A stretch of 64,000 bases of DNA from Tubiluchus corallicola (Eukaryota > Animalia > Priapulida). Below are positions 50,648-62,802 of the stretch, one piece after another; position 1 is the first letter of the stretch, and each line of letters opens with the position of its first letter. Location: the NCBI GenBank assembly GCA_030141605.1, contig JAQGDQ010000099.1, positions 327,194-391,193 of the forward strand. Reading direction: 5' to 3'. The position numbers and the translations under genes are program-made. Under the pieces are notes generated by a model. The model saw nothing but the letters and a program-made list of their open reading frames with translations, had not been told where the DNA came from and did no database searches.

Positions 50648-51070
50648 ATGATGAAACTGTTCCCTTTCTTGCGTTATGCGTCTCTGCACAATGAGGAATA
50701 CTCTGAGGTGACGCTTCCGGCGCAGAACCCCGACAGTGGGAGCATACGAAAGGCGCACACGGTCCCGAGTCTCGCGCAGACGCTGCGACCAAAGGTGTCG
50801 CACCTCGAGGGATGTGTGGACAAGAGGGACAGGGAACGGCGCGCGAGTTTTGACGAACGTTACACGTCTTCTTTTCCTACGACAGGTGGCAGAGCAGCGG
50901 AACAGCGGCGACAGAACGTTGTTGCAGTGCCTGCGGTGGCGCCGCCTGTCAGGCCAAGAAGGAAGACAATGGACTGGTGTAGAAACGGCAGCTATATTTC
51001 CAAACCCACAAGAGGATGGCTTCACTCTGATGAGCAATTAATAGAGGGTGGAGTTTGCTATGGTGTCCGG
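50648..51070 (+). CDS. SHC: Shc adaptor protein, first coding exon (N-terminal extension plus start of PTB domain)
   Basis: WCRNGSYISKPTRGWLHSDEQLIEGGVCYGVR matches SHC1 WTRHGSFVNKPTRGWLHPNDKVMGPGVSYLVR; CGG|gtaagt donor; in-frame stop upstream of the ATG. Confidence 0.92.
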
Positions 51071-54000
51071 GTAAGTGCAGTATTGTTAATAACAATTTTT
51101 AATTCTAGCTTAGGCACATATAGACAGACAAACCAGCAGACAGTGTAACACAAGATGAAGAGCATAAAGTCAAAGTTTGCAGTTGCATTCTTGTGAAGCC
51201 ATTCTGATGGTATAGTTAGCATAGTGATTCCTGTGCATTTTTTGATACATGTGTTACCATGCAGTCCTGCCAGAAAATAAATGCACATGAAGCAGCATTG
51301 TAATAGATGGCATTGTATAAACTAGTATCTGTTTCTGCATGAGTCAAAACTTAACTGAAGATATTGTTGAGGTCTTTTTAGCAAAGTGATTCCTGGACAC
51401 TGTTATCAGGTCTGGGATCTGTGTACAGTGGTGCGTGCACATGTCTAGTAATTTCTGCTGAAACTTGAATGCTTACCTAAGTTGTTTTTAGATGGTGCTA
51501 GTGGTAAATAGAAACTCGAAGTTCATATTAAAATAAAATTACCAGTAAAGCCACTTAAACTGTATTAATTAGAAAACCTGCCTTCTGTTTTGAAATTCTC
51601 ATTTTGGCACTACATGTCTGAAATTATACAATTTTAATAAGATCACTCACAATAGTACCATGATAAATTTACACTTAATACCAGGTTTGTAATATCAAAC
51701 TTAGGTTTGGGCAGTGGACATTTTTTGACCTGTTCTGTAACTATTCACAAATATTTTCAAAAGACTGATTCATGCCAAAACCACTCTTGGTTTGTTCTCT
51801 TTCTAATCTTGACCCAGATTTTGTCGTTGACAACTTTAGATTAGCAAATGGTCAAAATAACTGAGAGACTACTAACAAAGTGCACGCTTTTAACTAGAAT
51901 TTTTATAGTCTGTACATAAAATGTTTCTGAATGGCATGCTTCTAAATGTTTCTAAACTCTTTAACCAAATGTTACTAAATCTTTTAATGTTGGATTATTG
52001 ATACATACATAACATCTTAGTTCATTATTAGTTCTTTAGTACTGGTCACACGTGGTTTCATCTTTATTCATCTAGGACTGGACACAAATGGCCTTGGAAG
52101 GTCATTAGTCCTGTGGTTTAACATGCACCACATAAAATGAAAAAAGATGTGGATCATAAAATTACGATCAGTTTCTGGTATCTGATTAATAGAATTGTCT
52201 GTTATTTCTTGTTGGGATTTGAGTTTCACTGGGTACCATTGGGTATTTATAGCAGTTCTTCTATATTCCAATATCCTAAAGTCAACCGTCATTTAAAGTA
52301 AAGTCATTTAATATCAATGTAATAAAAGTAGAAAACAAAATATTGTAAGAAACCAGCTGAAGAGGCAAAAGATATTCAAATATGGAAACAAGCTTATCAA
52401 AATGTCTTCGGTAAAGAAACTCTTTAATCCCGATAGTTAAAGTGTTAAATTCTGAGAATTGCCCATACAAACATCCCTTTAGTGATATTGTTTCCTTTTG
52501 ATTTTTTCCTACTTGATTACATTACAAATGTGTGCACACACTTCTACACAACAATGTTAGTCTGTCATATATAAACTATGCTACTATTAAGTCTATTTTA
52601 GACTTTGGCTCGTATGTGTAATGATGTGATTTCAGTACTTAGTGTACTACTTGTGCTTATTAGACAAACATTTCCGCTATTAACTTTATAGCTTGTCTGT
52701 AAATTACTCAAACATAACATTTTATTGTATCTCTATATAGTATGACTATTGACTGCATCAACATACATGTATGAGACAGTTTAGGAGTACAGCTGTCTCG
52801 ATTCTATTTATGTATGTAAGATTTCCTCCCACCGGATTATAATCTTCACTGCAGACTACTATATTATCTTCACAACATCAGCATATTACTAAACCAGTGA
52901 TGAGATGTGCATGCTGCCATAAGTTCATAACATTGTTAAAGGATTATTAATTTTCCTGGACATTCTTCTATGTTTCAGTTTTGTATTTAATTTTTTTCCT
53001 GTCCCTAAGGCATTTCCTTATTTCTGCTAAACATTATACCAGATCCGGGGTATTCACGATTTAGAATATATTCAACATTTTTTAATTTACTTTACTTCCT
53101 CAATCTAATGATGGATAGCAGCTAGTAAAAAGAAACAGTTCAGACATTCCAAAAAATGAGGCAAGGACCAGAGAGAGAAAAGAGGAAGAGTGAAGGGAGC
53201 TGTGCTGCCTCTAAAATTTGGTAAAACGCGTTGTCGTTTGACTTTGTTATAGTACTTTGTTTGTGGTGAGGTAGTGATCAATGAGTCTTTCGCTGCTTCT
53301 ATTCACATATATTATTGAAATTGAATTGAGTTGAATTGGGTAATATACTTGACAATATCGTGTGGGTTTAAATTAATGCCTTCTATGTGAGATTAATTTT
53401 ATTTTAATACTTTTTACATTGGTGGTATTGGGTTAACGGAAGATATGTTTTGTTGTAATGCGTAATGTAAGTGTTTCTTCGCATTTTATTGTTAGCAAAT
53501 TGTGACCCTACAGCGCTTAGGTAGACCACAGTTTAGAGATTAAAGGCAGCATTGCAGTAAGAAGCAGGCGCTTACGTGATTCTTCTTTATATTAATAAGT
53601 GACAAATGTTCTATGCACACATCACACAAAGTGTTAATAGCACCTCTATAGCAATCTGAGAAATTATTATTGAATTAATTGGTGTTTTTTAGACTTTATC
53701 ATACACTCCATCTACATGTGATGAATGCAGATATGACGGGGAAGCCTATCGACTCTTAATAACTTTTTTGGATATACGGTTCAGTGCTATGCTTGATCAA
53801 ACTTGCGCTTTAGATGCAGCATGTGTTTCTAAACTGCAGTTTAGGCTTAATCATTGTATTCTTCCATAATATTTTCTAGATCTGCTCAGTTTGGTTGTGA
53901 AACTGTCCAATTTCGGTTAAGCGACCCAGGTCTTTAGTGCCGGATGGCTTGTTGGGGGTAGAATAAAGGTTACCAAAAAGTCGAGCAAGAAGTGCTGTTG

Positions 54001-54116
54001 GCCTCTGTGAAATTGACTTCACTTCTGAAAGTAGTCTCAGAAAAGCTTTCTAATACTAATAGTTATCCGACACTAAAAGGTTTCAGGGGGATCAATGAAT
54101 GCAACTCAAAGGTTTC

Positions 54117-54142
54117 CCGTGACGTCACGGCGCATGCGCCGT
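54117..54142. promoter_or_regulatory. Composite CRE plus NRF1 element in Shc intron
   Basis: CCGTGACGTCACGG overlapping ACGGCGCATGCGCCGT, both perfect palindromes. Confidence 0.55.
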
Positions 54143-55880
54143 AGCAGTTTGGGTCAAGTGGTGCGTTTTGGACATGAATTGCAGCTGTCATTGACAATTT
54201 TGCGTCTGCTTGTTATGAATGGACGTGATTGATGTTTTCTTAAGCCATCCACCCCCACATCCTCTCGTTCTGTAGCAACTAGGACTATCTGCTTCCTCAT
54301 GTGGGTTACGCGAGGGCGCCACAAGCGAGGGTGTCCAAATCCAGCTGTGTCGAACCTAGTTCCAAAAGATTTTTTGTCTTCCTGTTCCTTTAAAGTGGAG
54401 GTAGACTAGTTCCTCTAAAGTAGTTAAACTATGTTTAAACATAGTTTTATTGTAATAACAACAGAGATTATCATATGGTTTGAACAGACAGTTTTTGCAA
54501 CTGTTTGACGTTCTTGCAAATCATAGTTTTTACATTCTCTCAATGGTTCTATTAAATACTGTTCAACGTTAGAGAACAAGTTAGAGTGATTCTATTCTTG
54601 TTGTATTGTGCGCACTCAGAGTACTTATAACACGCAGAAAGAAGTTAATGTGCAGTAATGCGACAAAATCATTTTATTTGCTGCTTTCCTTACGCCGTTG
54701 CGTTTACGTTTTTACAAACTACTTTATTAACTAATCGTTTAACTACTTTTGCCGTTTGGAGTGAATTTCTGAAATTGCTTAAGTTATGTTGAAGGTAGAC
54801 ACAGGGAGGTTTTCGAGAATTCCACGAGAGAGAACGCGTGAGTGTGGACTTGGTATTCAAGACGAAAACCTTGTGCTTTTCGTATGCCCCCTATCTGCTA
54901 GTAAAGTGTATTCGCCAACATTACACCCGAATTAACTTTTGATGCAGAGCTTAGGCTATTCCACATGAAATCGGTTTGCTTTTGCTACGAAATTCATGAA
55001 GTGTTAAAAGTGTTCGAAAGTTCCTAACATTATAATCTTGGCTCTTTTAGTTATTTTTGCCTTTTTTCTCAACTCGAGTCGAAATATTGCATTATTTATT
55101 TTCGCATGTATTATTAAGTAAAACTGTTCATTGTCTGTCTACAGCGAATGTAATAGTTGCACAAGTACGTTATATATCATGTTATTTAGTACGCTTCGCA
55201 TACTTTGATAAACTTACATGTGTTTTATGCTTACGAAATTTCTCTTACAGAATAAAACTTCACATGAACTGTATTATTTACAAAAAAAATATGGCCAGTA
55301 AACAATATATGTAACTAGTAGACATGTTCTAAACCTGTAAAGTGTGATAAATAGAGTTTTGTAAAGTATACTGTAATGAATTACGGGCTGGAAACTGCAA
55401 GCTCCGTGGAGAACTGCTTTATTGTTCGTGTCAAGTTTTAATTTCTGTAATTCAATTAGAAGATTAAGATGGATACGGACATACGGCAAGCTCTTCTTGC
55501 TTGAACTTTGTCTTGGGTTTGTGTTTATAGAAGTGTGAACTGTGCTTTATAATGTAAATAAAACGATATCTCTTTCCTAACCGGGAAGTTACGCAATTGG
55601 GAGCCACAGGCAGTGCTGCGAAGTCTTTAGCAGAGTTGACTTTGTATGAATTTGGGTCAGTAACAGAGGACCTCCCTTGTTTGGGTCGTTTTGTGTTCAT
55701 GCTTAATGCCGATGAATGAACTTTCCACGAGATATAGCAACAAAGTATAATGCTTGAAAAAGTTTGCTGAGAAGTAAATTCAGGAGAAGTGTGCATAAAC
55801 TTTACATTTGTGAAACTCTAAGCCCTGACTTATTGTTTTTCAAAAGAGCTAACTCACGATTGAACGCTCAAACGAATGAT

Positions 55881-55990
55881 GATTGACTGACTGACTGACT
55901 GCCTCCGTGACTGCCTGCCTGCCTGACTGACTGGCTTACTGGCTGACTGACTGACTGACTGACTAATGGACTGAATGAATGAATGAATAA
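55881..55990. repeat. (GACT)n / (GAAT)n microsatellite
   Basis: Seen directly in sequence. Confidence 0.9.
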
Positions 55991-57109
55991 ATTAGTCACT
56001 AAAATGCCAAAGTTTATTCTTTCGCTATCATGTTTGCTTCACGAATGTCACTTTGCTATTGGTATAAAACGTAAAGGCTTTATCTCACTATATGTGCACA
56101 CGAGAAAACATCAGTGACGCTGTTGATCATTGTTCTTTCGTTCCAGTTAGCTTAGTTAGAGTTTCACAAATGTATAACTTATGCAGACTTATTCGTGAAT
56201 TTACCTTTCAATGGATTTTTCCAGTATATACTCTATATTTTCTGGAAAGTTTTGGTAGCGTCCAGATTTGAAGAACATTACTGTGACGGCATTTTACCCA
56301 TAAATTACTATTTATTTTCCTCTTTTTGCACACGTTTTGTACCTTTTTACTCGAACAAACCGTCTCAGCGTGAAACCGACTAAGTACGAGCGTCATTCTG
56401 TAAATAGACACTACTCGTAAGTCATAATTAAGATTTCATCTTTTTTCCGACTCACGTCGTGCGTAACTTCTTGCCGCCACATCAAACCGCTCAGCTGTCG
56501 GCAGTGACAGCTTCTGTTCAGAGAAGCCATTTGGCAGTTTGCCAACTCTGGCAAAAAAGCTTTCCGATTGCAAAAAATGTGCGAATCCGGCGAACATCTG
56601 GCGTGCTGTGTTACAGTTACACTGCTAATCATTGCCTGTTAAACTCTACCTACGCTCAGTGTTTTTGAACGTGATTTTGACTGCTCTAATTGTCGTTATG
56701 ATCGTCGAAGATGTTACCATCGTCATTGCCATCAGCAGCAGCACAGGAACTAAAGTAGCAAAAGTATGTGAACTTTACCACATTGTTTTTATCAACTCTT
56801 GCTGTCTTCTTCATTATTTGCAGCAACAGCAACAACAACAACAAAACGATAACACCACTATATATAACATGTGTACTTATATGTCTTATGCTATGGCAAA
56901 ATACTCAAGGGCAACTTTCGTGACGCTTACCCATCCATTTTCTAGCCAGATTTGACATTGCTTAACTTCAGTCGCTAAACAATATCGTGACTACTCAGCT
57001 TGAGTATGGTTTAAAAGCAGGTTACATGTGACTTATTTGCTGAGGAAACAGATTACATGATCAGCAAAGTGGATACCAAAGTGGTTAATGGAAAGTACGC
57101 GGCTGTTAA

Positions 57110-57495
57110 TATGTTGGGTTTATTTTATTGCTGTCACTTAAACTTAGAAAATGTAACAAAAAACCGTCTATAAAACATGAAGTTAATTTATACTTACCGC
57201 TGTAAAGACATTTCTAGACGCCGTAGTAGCCGCCATTCCCTTGAAAATTATGACGTAAATTTGCATGAATATTAGGTAAGCTGCAGAAGTTTGAATTAGT
57301 TTAAGCAGTGCGCGCTTGTGGAGAGCCACGATTTGCTTAAGAAAAGTCACGAAGTCCACCTTTCGATAATAATTTTCAAGTGTAATGTATACAGCGATAG
57401 TATGAATTAACTTCATGCTTTATAGTCATTTCTTTGCAATTTATTTGTTGTATTTTTCTAAGTTTAACAGATAACGATAAAATAAACCCAACATA
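57110..57495. mobile_element. MITE with ~21-bp TIR TATGTTGGGTTTATTTTATYG
   Basis: Near-perfect TIRs; a solitary left end of the same family at ~43489-43590. Confidence 0.7.
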
Positions 57496-60111
57496 CTAAG
57501 TGACTTGCCCTTTTCCTTTAGATCAAACTTTTTCTGGGCTCTTTATTGCCTGCAAATCATTTAATTTTTTTCTGAATCAGCGCTTTTTCGTCTAGTTAAT
57601 TATACAGGTGTCGCGCGCCGAGCTAACGAGCCGTGCAACGCAATCAATATCCAGCGAGCGATCAACCACAACCGAGATGAATGAAGCCACGCTGTCACGT
57701 GACTCGCCCACGCGCCGTTTCATTCACATTTCTGGCTTCTATCGATCACCCCTGAGAGTGGAGTAGAGAGGCACAATGCGCTCTCCTTTTTCTGAATGGA
57801 CTAGGAGTAGTTGGTTTTTGCTTGTTATAGATTAAGGTTTATCAGATCAAAGTACATTTGTTAAAAGTGCAATAAATAAACAAACAAACACATAAACAAA
57901 CAAATAAAAAACAAACACATTAAGTATTTAATAAACAGTGCAAATCGAGCTTGCCATACATTGTGAAGTATATATGACAGAAATAGATAGAAAACAAAGA
58001 TGTTTGAATTCTGATGCTAGCAGAATATCTACCTATAAACTCATTAATTCAAGCTTCATCAGTCGCCCACTTTACTGGAATCGCATGACATTAACAGAAT
58101 CTGCTAAAATCTGAATATGAAATTAACAGAATCTACCCAGACAATGTAGAACCTGTTGTTGCCCAATGACTGGTGAGGTACAAGACAAGAAACATGTAGT
58201 CCGTGTGTGTCCTATAACCGTTCACCTTAGATTCTGACATCGACACGTCATCGCTGGCTAGAGTATTTGCACATAATGACGCTTCTAAACAAGCGGAATG
58301 TGCACAAATGTTTGTTGTTATTTCCTTGAATGCCTATGTATAGTTAGACATAAAAACTATTTTGCATTACTGTTGTGTAACTTGCATTTCATTGTGCTAG
58401 AAGTTTTTTTAACATGTGCCCTATTTGTATTTACGTGACGTCACTGACGTAGCAGTAAGGAACATGCCTTGTTATGGACTAACTGTTTACATCTACCATG
58501 TAATTTGTAATCTTATTATGGTTTTGTTGGTCAATAAATTACGTACATACATACATACGTATAGTGTGACACGCTTCCAACCAATGTAAGCGGTATGTGC
58601 TATTAAAATTTCCTTCATTTGAACCGGAAGAAGTTCACGTCCAAGCGCTCTGCCCATGTTTTTTATTTTGAATGAAACAAGTGGAAGAAGTAAAAGAAAT
58701 CAAGTGATGACGCAACAAGTATGTAAAAAACAACTAACCAGTTAGTCAAATCAATATATAAGCAAACAAAAAGTGATGCCGATACTAGTAACATACGTAG
58801 TGAGAATTTTGTTTTCTTTTATTCGCTAGTGACAGCTTATTGTCCACAAACCCCGCATGCACAGCATTAGAGATTCGTTGAGTGGTCACAGTATGTGCTG
58901 TGCCGTAGAAATTAAGCAACACAATGTTGGTTAGTGAATGAATGGGTGATTTCCAGGAAAAGTGCCATCTGGCAGTTTCATCTGCTGTAGTGCCTTGAAG
59001 GAGGATTTATGTGCATTCAAGTGTGACTAAGAATACTGGTTCAATGTCCAATCTTAGTAGATATTTTATAATGAGATGAGTTTTGGTCCTGCCATACATA
59101 TGAACATAAGAAGTATACCCTGCCGTTGGGTACTGGCTTTCACGTTGTAGTGTACGGAATTGTAAAAAACTGACGGTGCCTTAGGTGGAATTTGGACAAT
59201 TAACTAAAATCACTTAAATAGAGAAATCGGGGCTAACACTGCTTAACTTAGCGAACTGGATTTGAGCTTAACCACCAAACGTAAGACTCCATCTTTCCTT
59301 TAAAAGCAGAGAGTGATAACACACTGTGTCAAAGAGTCCACTCCAAATGTGTAAAGTGCAGAAGGTACAATCTTGCAAAATGTCACAGTTATTGCAAGAT
59401 TTTGCGTTATGTTCTTTGCACATATGGGACATCTTTGATAGTGTGTGATTGTTCTCTGTTGTGACATGTTTGTCTCCTTTCATTAAAATTTGGTTTCATA
59501 AATTCAGCATAAATTCTATGCTAATTCTCAAATTTACCTCTATAATTACTTCCTGCGCTTATGATATTTGTCTGCTTTGGGACTTGCTGTAAAGGACGGA
59601 GGCCATTATTTTTACACAATTATGGTCTCCTTGGATATTTTACGCACTCTACTCTATTATAGCATTAAAAAAGAAAACAAGCTGCTTCCCAAACCAATAC
59701 GACAAAGATTGACAGGAATTTTCAAGCTCAGTTTCCGTCTTTCATTTTTAAACTCGAGAAAATCTTAAAATCTTCAGTCGAACTGCGTTGTAGCCGCTAC
59801 TTGAACTGCTAATACCATCAAGGAAACGTAAAACTATACCGTTATGGTCTTCATATAATCAGCTTCTATGTATTAAACGTCCTACGCACACAGAAAGCCA
59901 GAGACGTGTGGGTGGGGAATATTATAGGGAGCGGTTTATGTTGAACATTGATCGTGTGCATGAGCAGTTTATGCTGTGGACTTTTATTCGAACTTTGGCG
60001 GATTGCGTGTACGCGTTATCACCGTCTGGTACGCCTATAACAACAATTGTTTTCTGCAATTAACGCTTGCGCTAGCAAAAGGCTCGTTAGCATAATACCT
60101 CGCATTCTATA

Positions 60112-60424
60112 TAGGGCTGGATTATCCATATCTCTCCCGCACTCGCCTTGAATATTTTTTGCTCGTGATATATTTTATCGATATTTACATAGCTTCACGT
60201 AATTGCAAGTTGTTTAAATTAACTAGAATTGCTATCTTTTATTTGTCAATAAACATATTCTTTAAGTTACCACTGTTTACTATTTATTGTAAACCAAATT
60301 AGTACGTATTTCAACACAACCGTAGTGAAAAAACAGATTTTATACCAAATGCTACCAAAGCTTGAGAGGTCCTAGGCTACAGACTATACTAGCCTATAGG
60401 TAAGGTAAGGATAATCCGGCCCTG
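60112..60424 (+). mobile_element. hAT-like MITE (TIR YAGGGCYGGATTATCC)
   Basis: TIRs at both ends; related copy at 22622-22901. Confidence 0.7.
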
Positions 60425-60969
60425 GCCATATATATATATATGCCTTGCATAGGAAGTATGTCCATAAAAAATTACATACTGTAAATGTCCTTTAAACAAT
60501 TGGACACTTTTAATCTAAGTCTTAATCTATTTAATGTAAGCGTTTATGAATTAGTGTCACATAAGTGATATGAGGTTTGCACTTCTTTCTTCACCACACT
60601 TAATTCTGCTGAAAGTCACCGCTGAACTTCATTGTTCACTATGTGTCTCTTTGTAATTTACTTGTTTTTTGTTTGTTTGTTTTTGTTTATTTATTTGACT
60701 AACTGGTTATTTGTTTGCTATATAGTTGTTGCGTCATCGCTTGCTTGCATGGTTCATGATTGCTGCCTTGTTGCTTACATAGTGTTTGCTTGCGTAGATG
60801 CTTGCTTGCTATCTGAATTGATCCTTAATACTTATATCCTTACGTGTTTATTTGCCGGACTGTTTGTTAAATTGCTTAGTTATTCATTTGTCACACTTTT
60901 TTCTTCCTTCATTACTTTTGTTTTTACTTTTTTGCTTCCTTTGTGTTTTGCTTCCCTTCCTTTCTTTTG

Positions 60970-61220
60970 TAATATTAGTGGTAGTCATAGTAGTAGTAGT
61001 GGTAATGGTAGCAGTAGCAGTATCGGCAGCGGCAGTGGTTGTAGTGGTAGTGGTAGTACTGGTAATATTAGTGGTGGTAGTGGTAGTGGTAGTAGTGGCA
61101 GTGATAGTAGTAGTGGTAGTGGTAGTACTGGTAATATTAGTGGTAGTGGTAGAAGTAGTGGTAGTAGTAGTCGTCATTGTTGTCGCCATCGCTGCCGCCA
61201 CCACCACAACAGCAACAACA
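60970..61220. repeat. (GTA/GTG)n low-complexity trinucleotide repeat
   Basis: Seen directly in sequence; generates spurious poly-S/G, poly-V and poly-T ORFs. Confidence 0.9.
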
Positions 61221-62583
61221 AAATCTGTATCATAAAATTAATTGCTGCAATTCCAGAATTGATAATTCTCACTGCAGTTGTTTTAAAACTAAACATTACT
61301 GAAGACAAATGTAGCCGTCCTCTTCATTTCTTCTCTTCTTTATCTCTCCTCTCCATTTATCTGTTCATGTATTGATTTATTCATTCATTTAATAGTTGGT
61401 TCCTTTATTTATAAATTATTCTCGACGTTGTCTCTTCTTTTGTGTTTTCGTTTATTTCTTTGTTAGTCCATTTGCTTGCTTGTATGCTTGTGCGTTCGTT
61501 CATTACCGCGTGTCGGGCGTAATACTTTAAGTCAAAACGTTTTATTTTCTGTCATTCACGGACATCGCACCTTGGGTAGATGCTTTGGGTAGCCGCTATA
61601 GATATTAGTGCTTTGACGTAACGCTCAACTTAAAAGTGCAGCGACGGCCAAGAGACTACATGTCTGTCATCAACTACTGTTACGTAACATTCTTAACTAG
61701 GCGAGGAGCCTGGGGAAGAGGATAGGTATGCTTGGTAACCTTCCCTTCGAGAACGTCTAGAAACGTTCTAGGTTTTTCCTTTGAGTGTTTTAGCTTGATT
61801 TGTATTAAGTCACTGAATAATGTCGTTAAACGCAAGTGATTATAGAACCATCAACGTCTGCGAGAAAATGTTAGGTTGTGACAGACCTCAGCGCTTGAAT
61901 TCACAATTTGCTGCTCCTTCCCCTAGATTTTACACCTTTCTTACTTTATCAATGTGTGACATGTCTCTTGAGTCTAGTTAGGTGAGGTGGTCAGGCAGAG
62001 CAGACATTTTGTTAGACAACACAGCCAGAGCTTATTGCCCATATGCACCTTCTTCTAACCACTTAACATTCATCGTTTGTGTTTCTTAACAATTTTTGGT
62101 CTAGCGCAGTGGCCTAGCCACTTGCTTTTGGGATTGCTTATATGGCAAGCATTTCTAGGCTGTAACTGGTCTGCACATTTTTACCACTAGGTCACACTTG
62201 GTAGATGGTCGGGCTTTTGAAACCTTTGAAGAAGTCATTTTAATGCTTTCTGTTTTTGCAGTTTACACTTTGAACCTTTAGTCAAGCGTCCAAATGAAAT
62301 CTGCCCCATTAAAAACAGAAAATAGTTTTAGTATTAAATGGCTTCTTTTGCTATAAATCTGAAAAAACATCACGACGTTTACAACAAAGTTGCCCACTTA
62401 ACAAAATTCTGTCTTCCACCATTACGTGCAAAAAAAGATTAACTTTTGTTTGTGTTAGGTTGACTTTTGGTGGGGCGAAAGAGGAAATGTAAAAAAGTTA
62501 TAATGTCGTAACTGACATGTTGCCAATGTGTATTTAATATGAAAGTTTACTGAGCAATTGTTATCACATTTTTTGTTTTTCAG

Positions 62584-62654
62584 TATGTGGGGTGCTTAGA
62601 GGTGAAAATGTCAATGAAGAGCCTGGATTTTGAGACTCGGACACAAGTCGCGAA
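62584..62654 (+). CDS. SHC: Shc second coding exon, PTB domain (YVGCLEVKMSMKSLDFETRTQVA); gene continues past the window
   Basis: ttttcag acceptor, AA|gtaagt donor; matches SHC1 [23 protein letters not shown]; not in the ORF track. Confidence 0.95.
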
Positions 62655-62674
62655 GTAAGTGTACACTTTTAGTA

Positions 62675-62802
62675 ACATTGATAGTTCACTGGGACTGGTG
62701 CCGTGTGCCAGTTACGACACTGGGACACAGTGCACATTAACAGCTCACCAAGACTGGTACCTTATGCCAGTTACCGTACTGGGACATAGTGTACATTGAT
62801 AG
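62675..62802. repeat. 59-bp tandem repeat, ~2.2 copies, just inside the Shc intron
   Basis: Units start at 62675, 62734 and 62793. Confidence 0.75.

Noticed and set aside
50594-51041. Antisense 147-aa and shifted-frame 101-aa ORFs over the Shc exon
   Set aside because: Shadow frames of a GC-rich coding exon
56400-56668. GC-rich ORF-like island in the Shc intron as an alternative coding exon
   Set aside because: No suitable donor or recognisable Shc sequence; more likely regulatory
60632-61375. 247-aa ORF with hydrophobic N-terminus and Gly/Ser-rich tract, plus overlapping poly-V and poly-T ORFs
   Set aside because: Produced by T-rich and (GTA/GTG)n low-complexity intron sequence; non-ATG start and no domain
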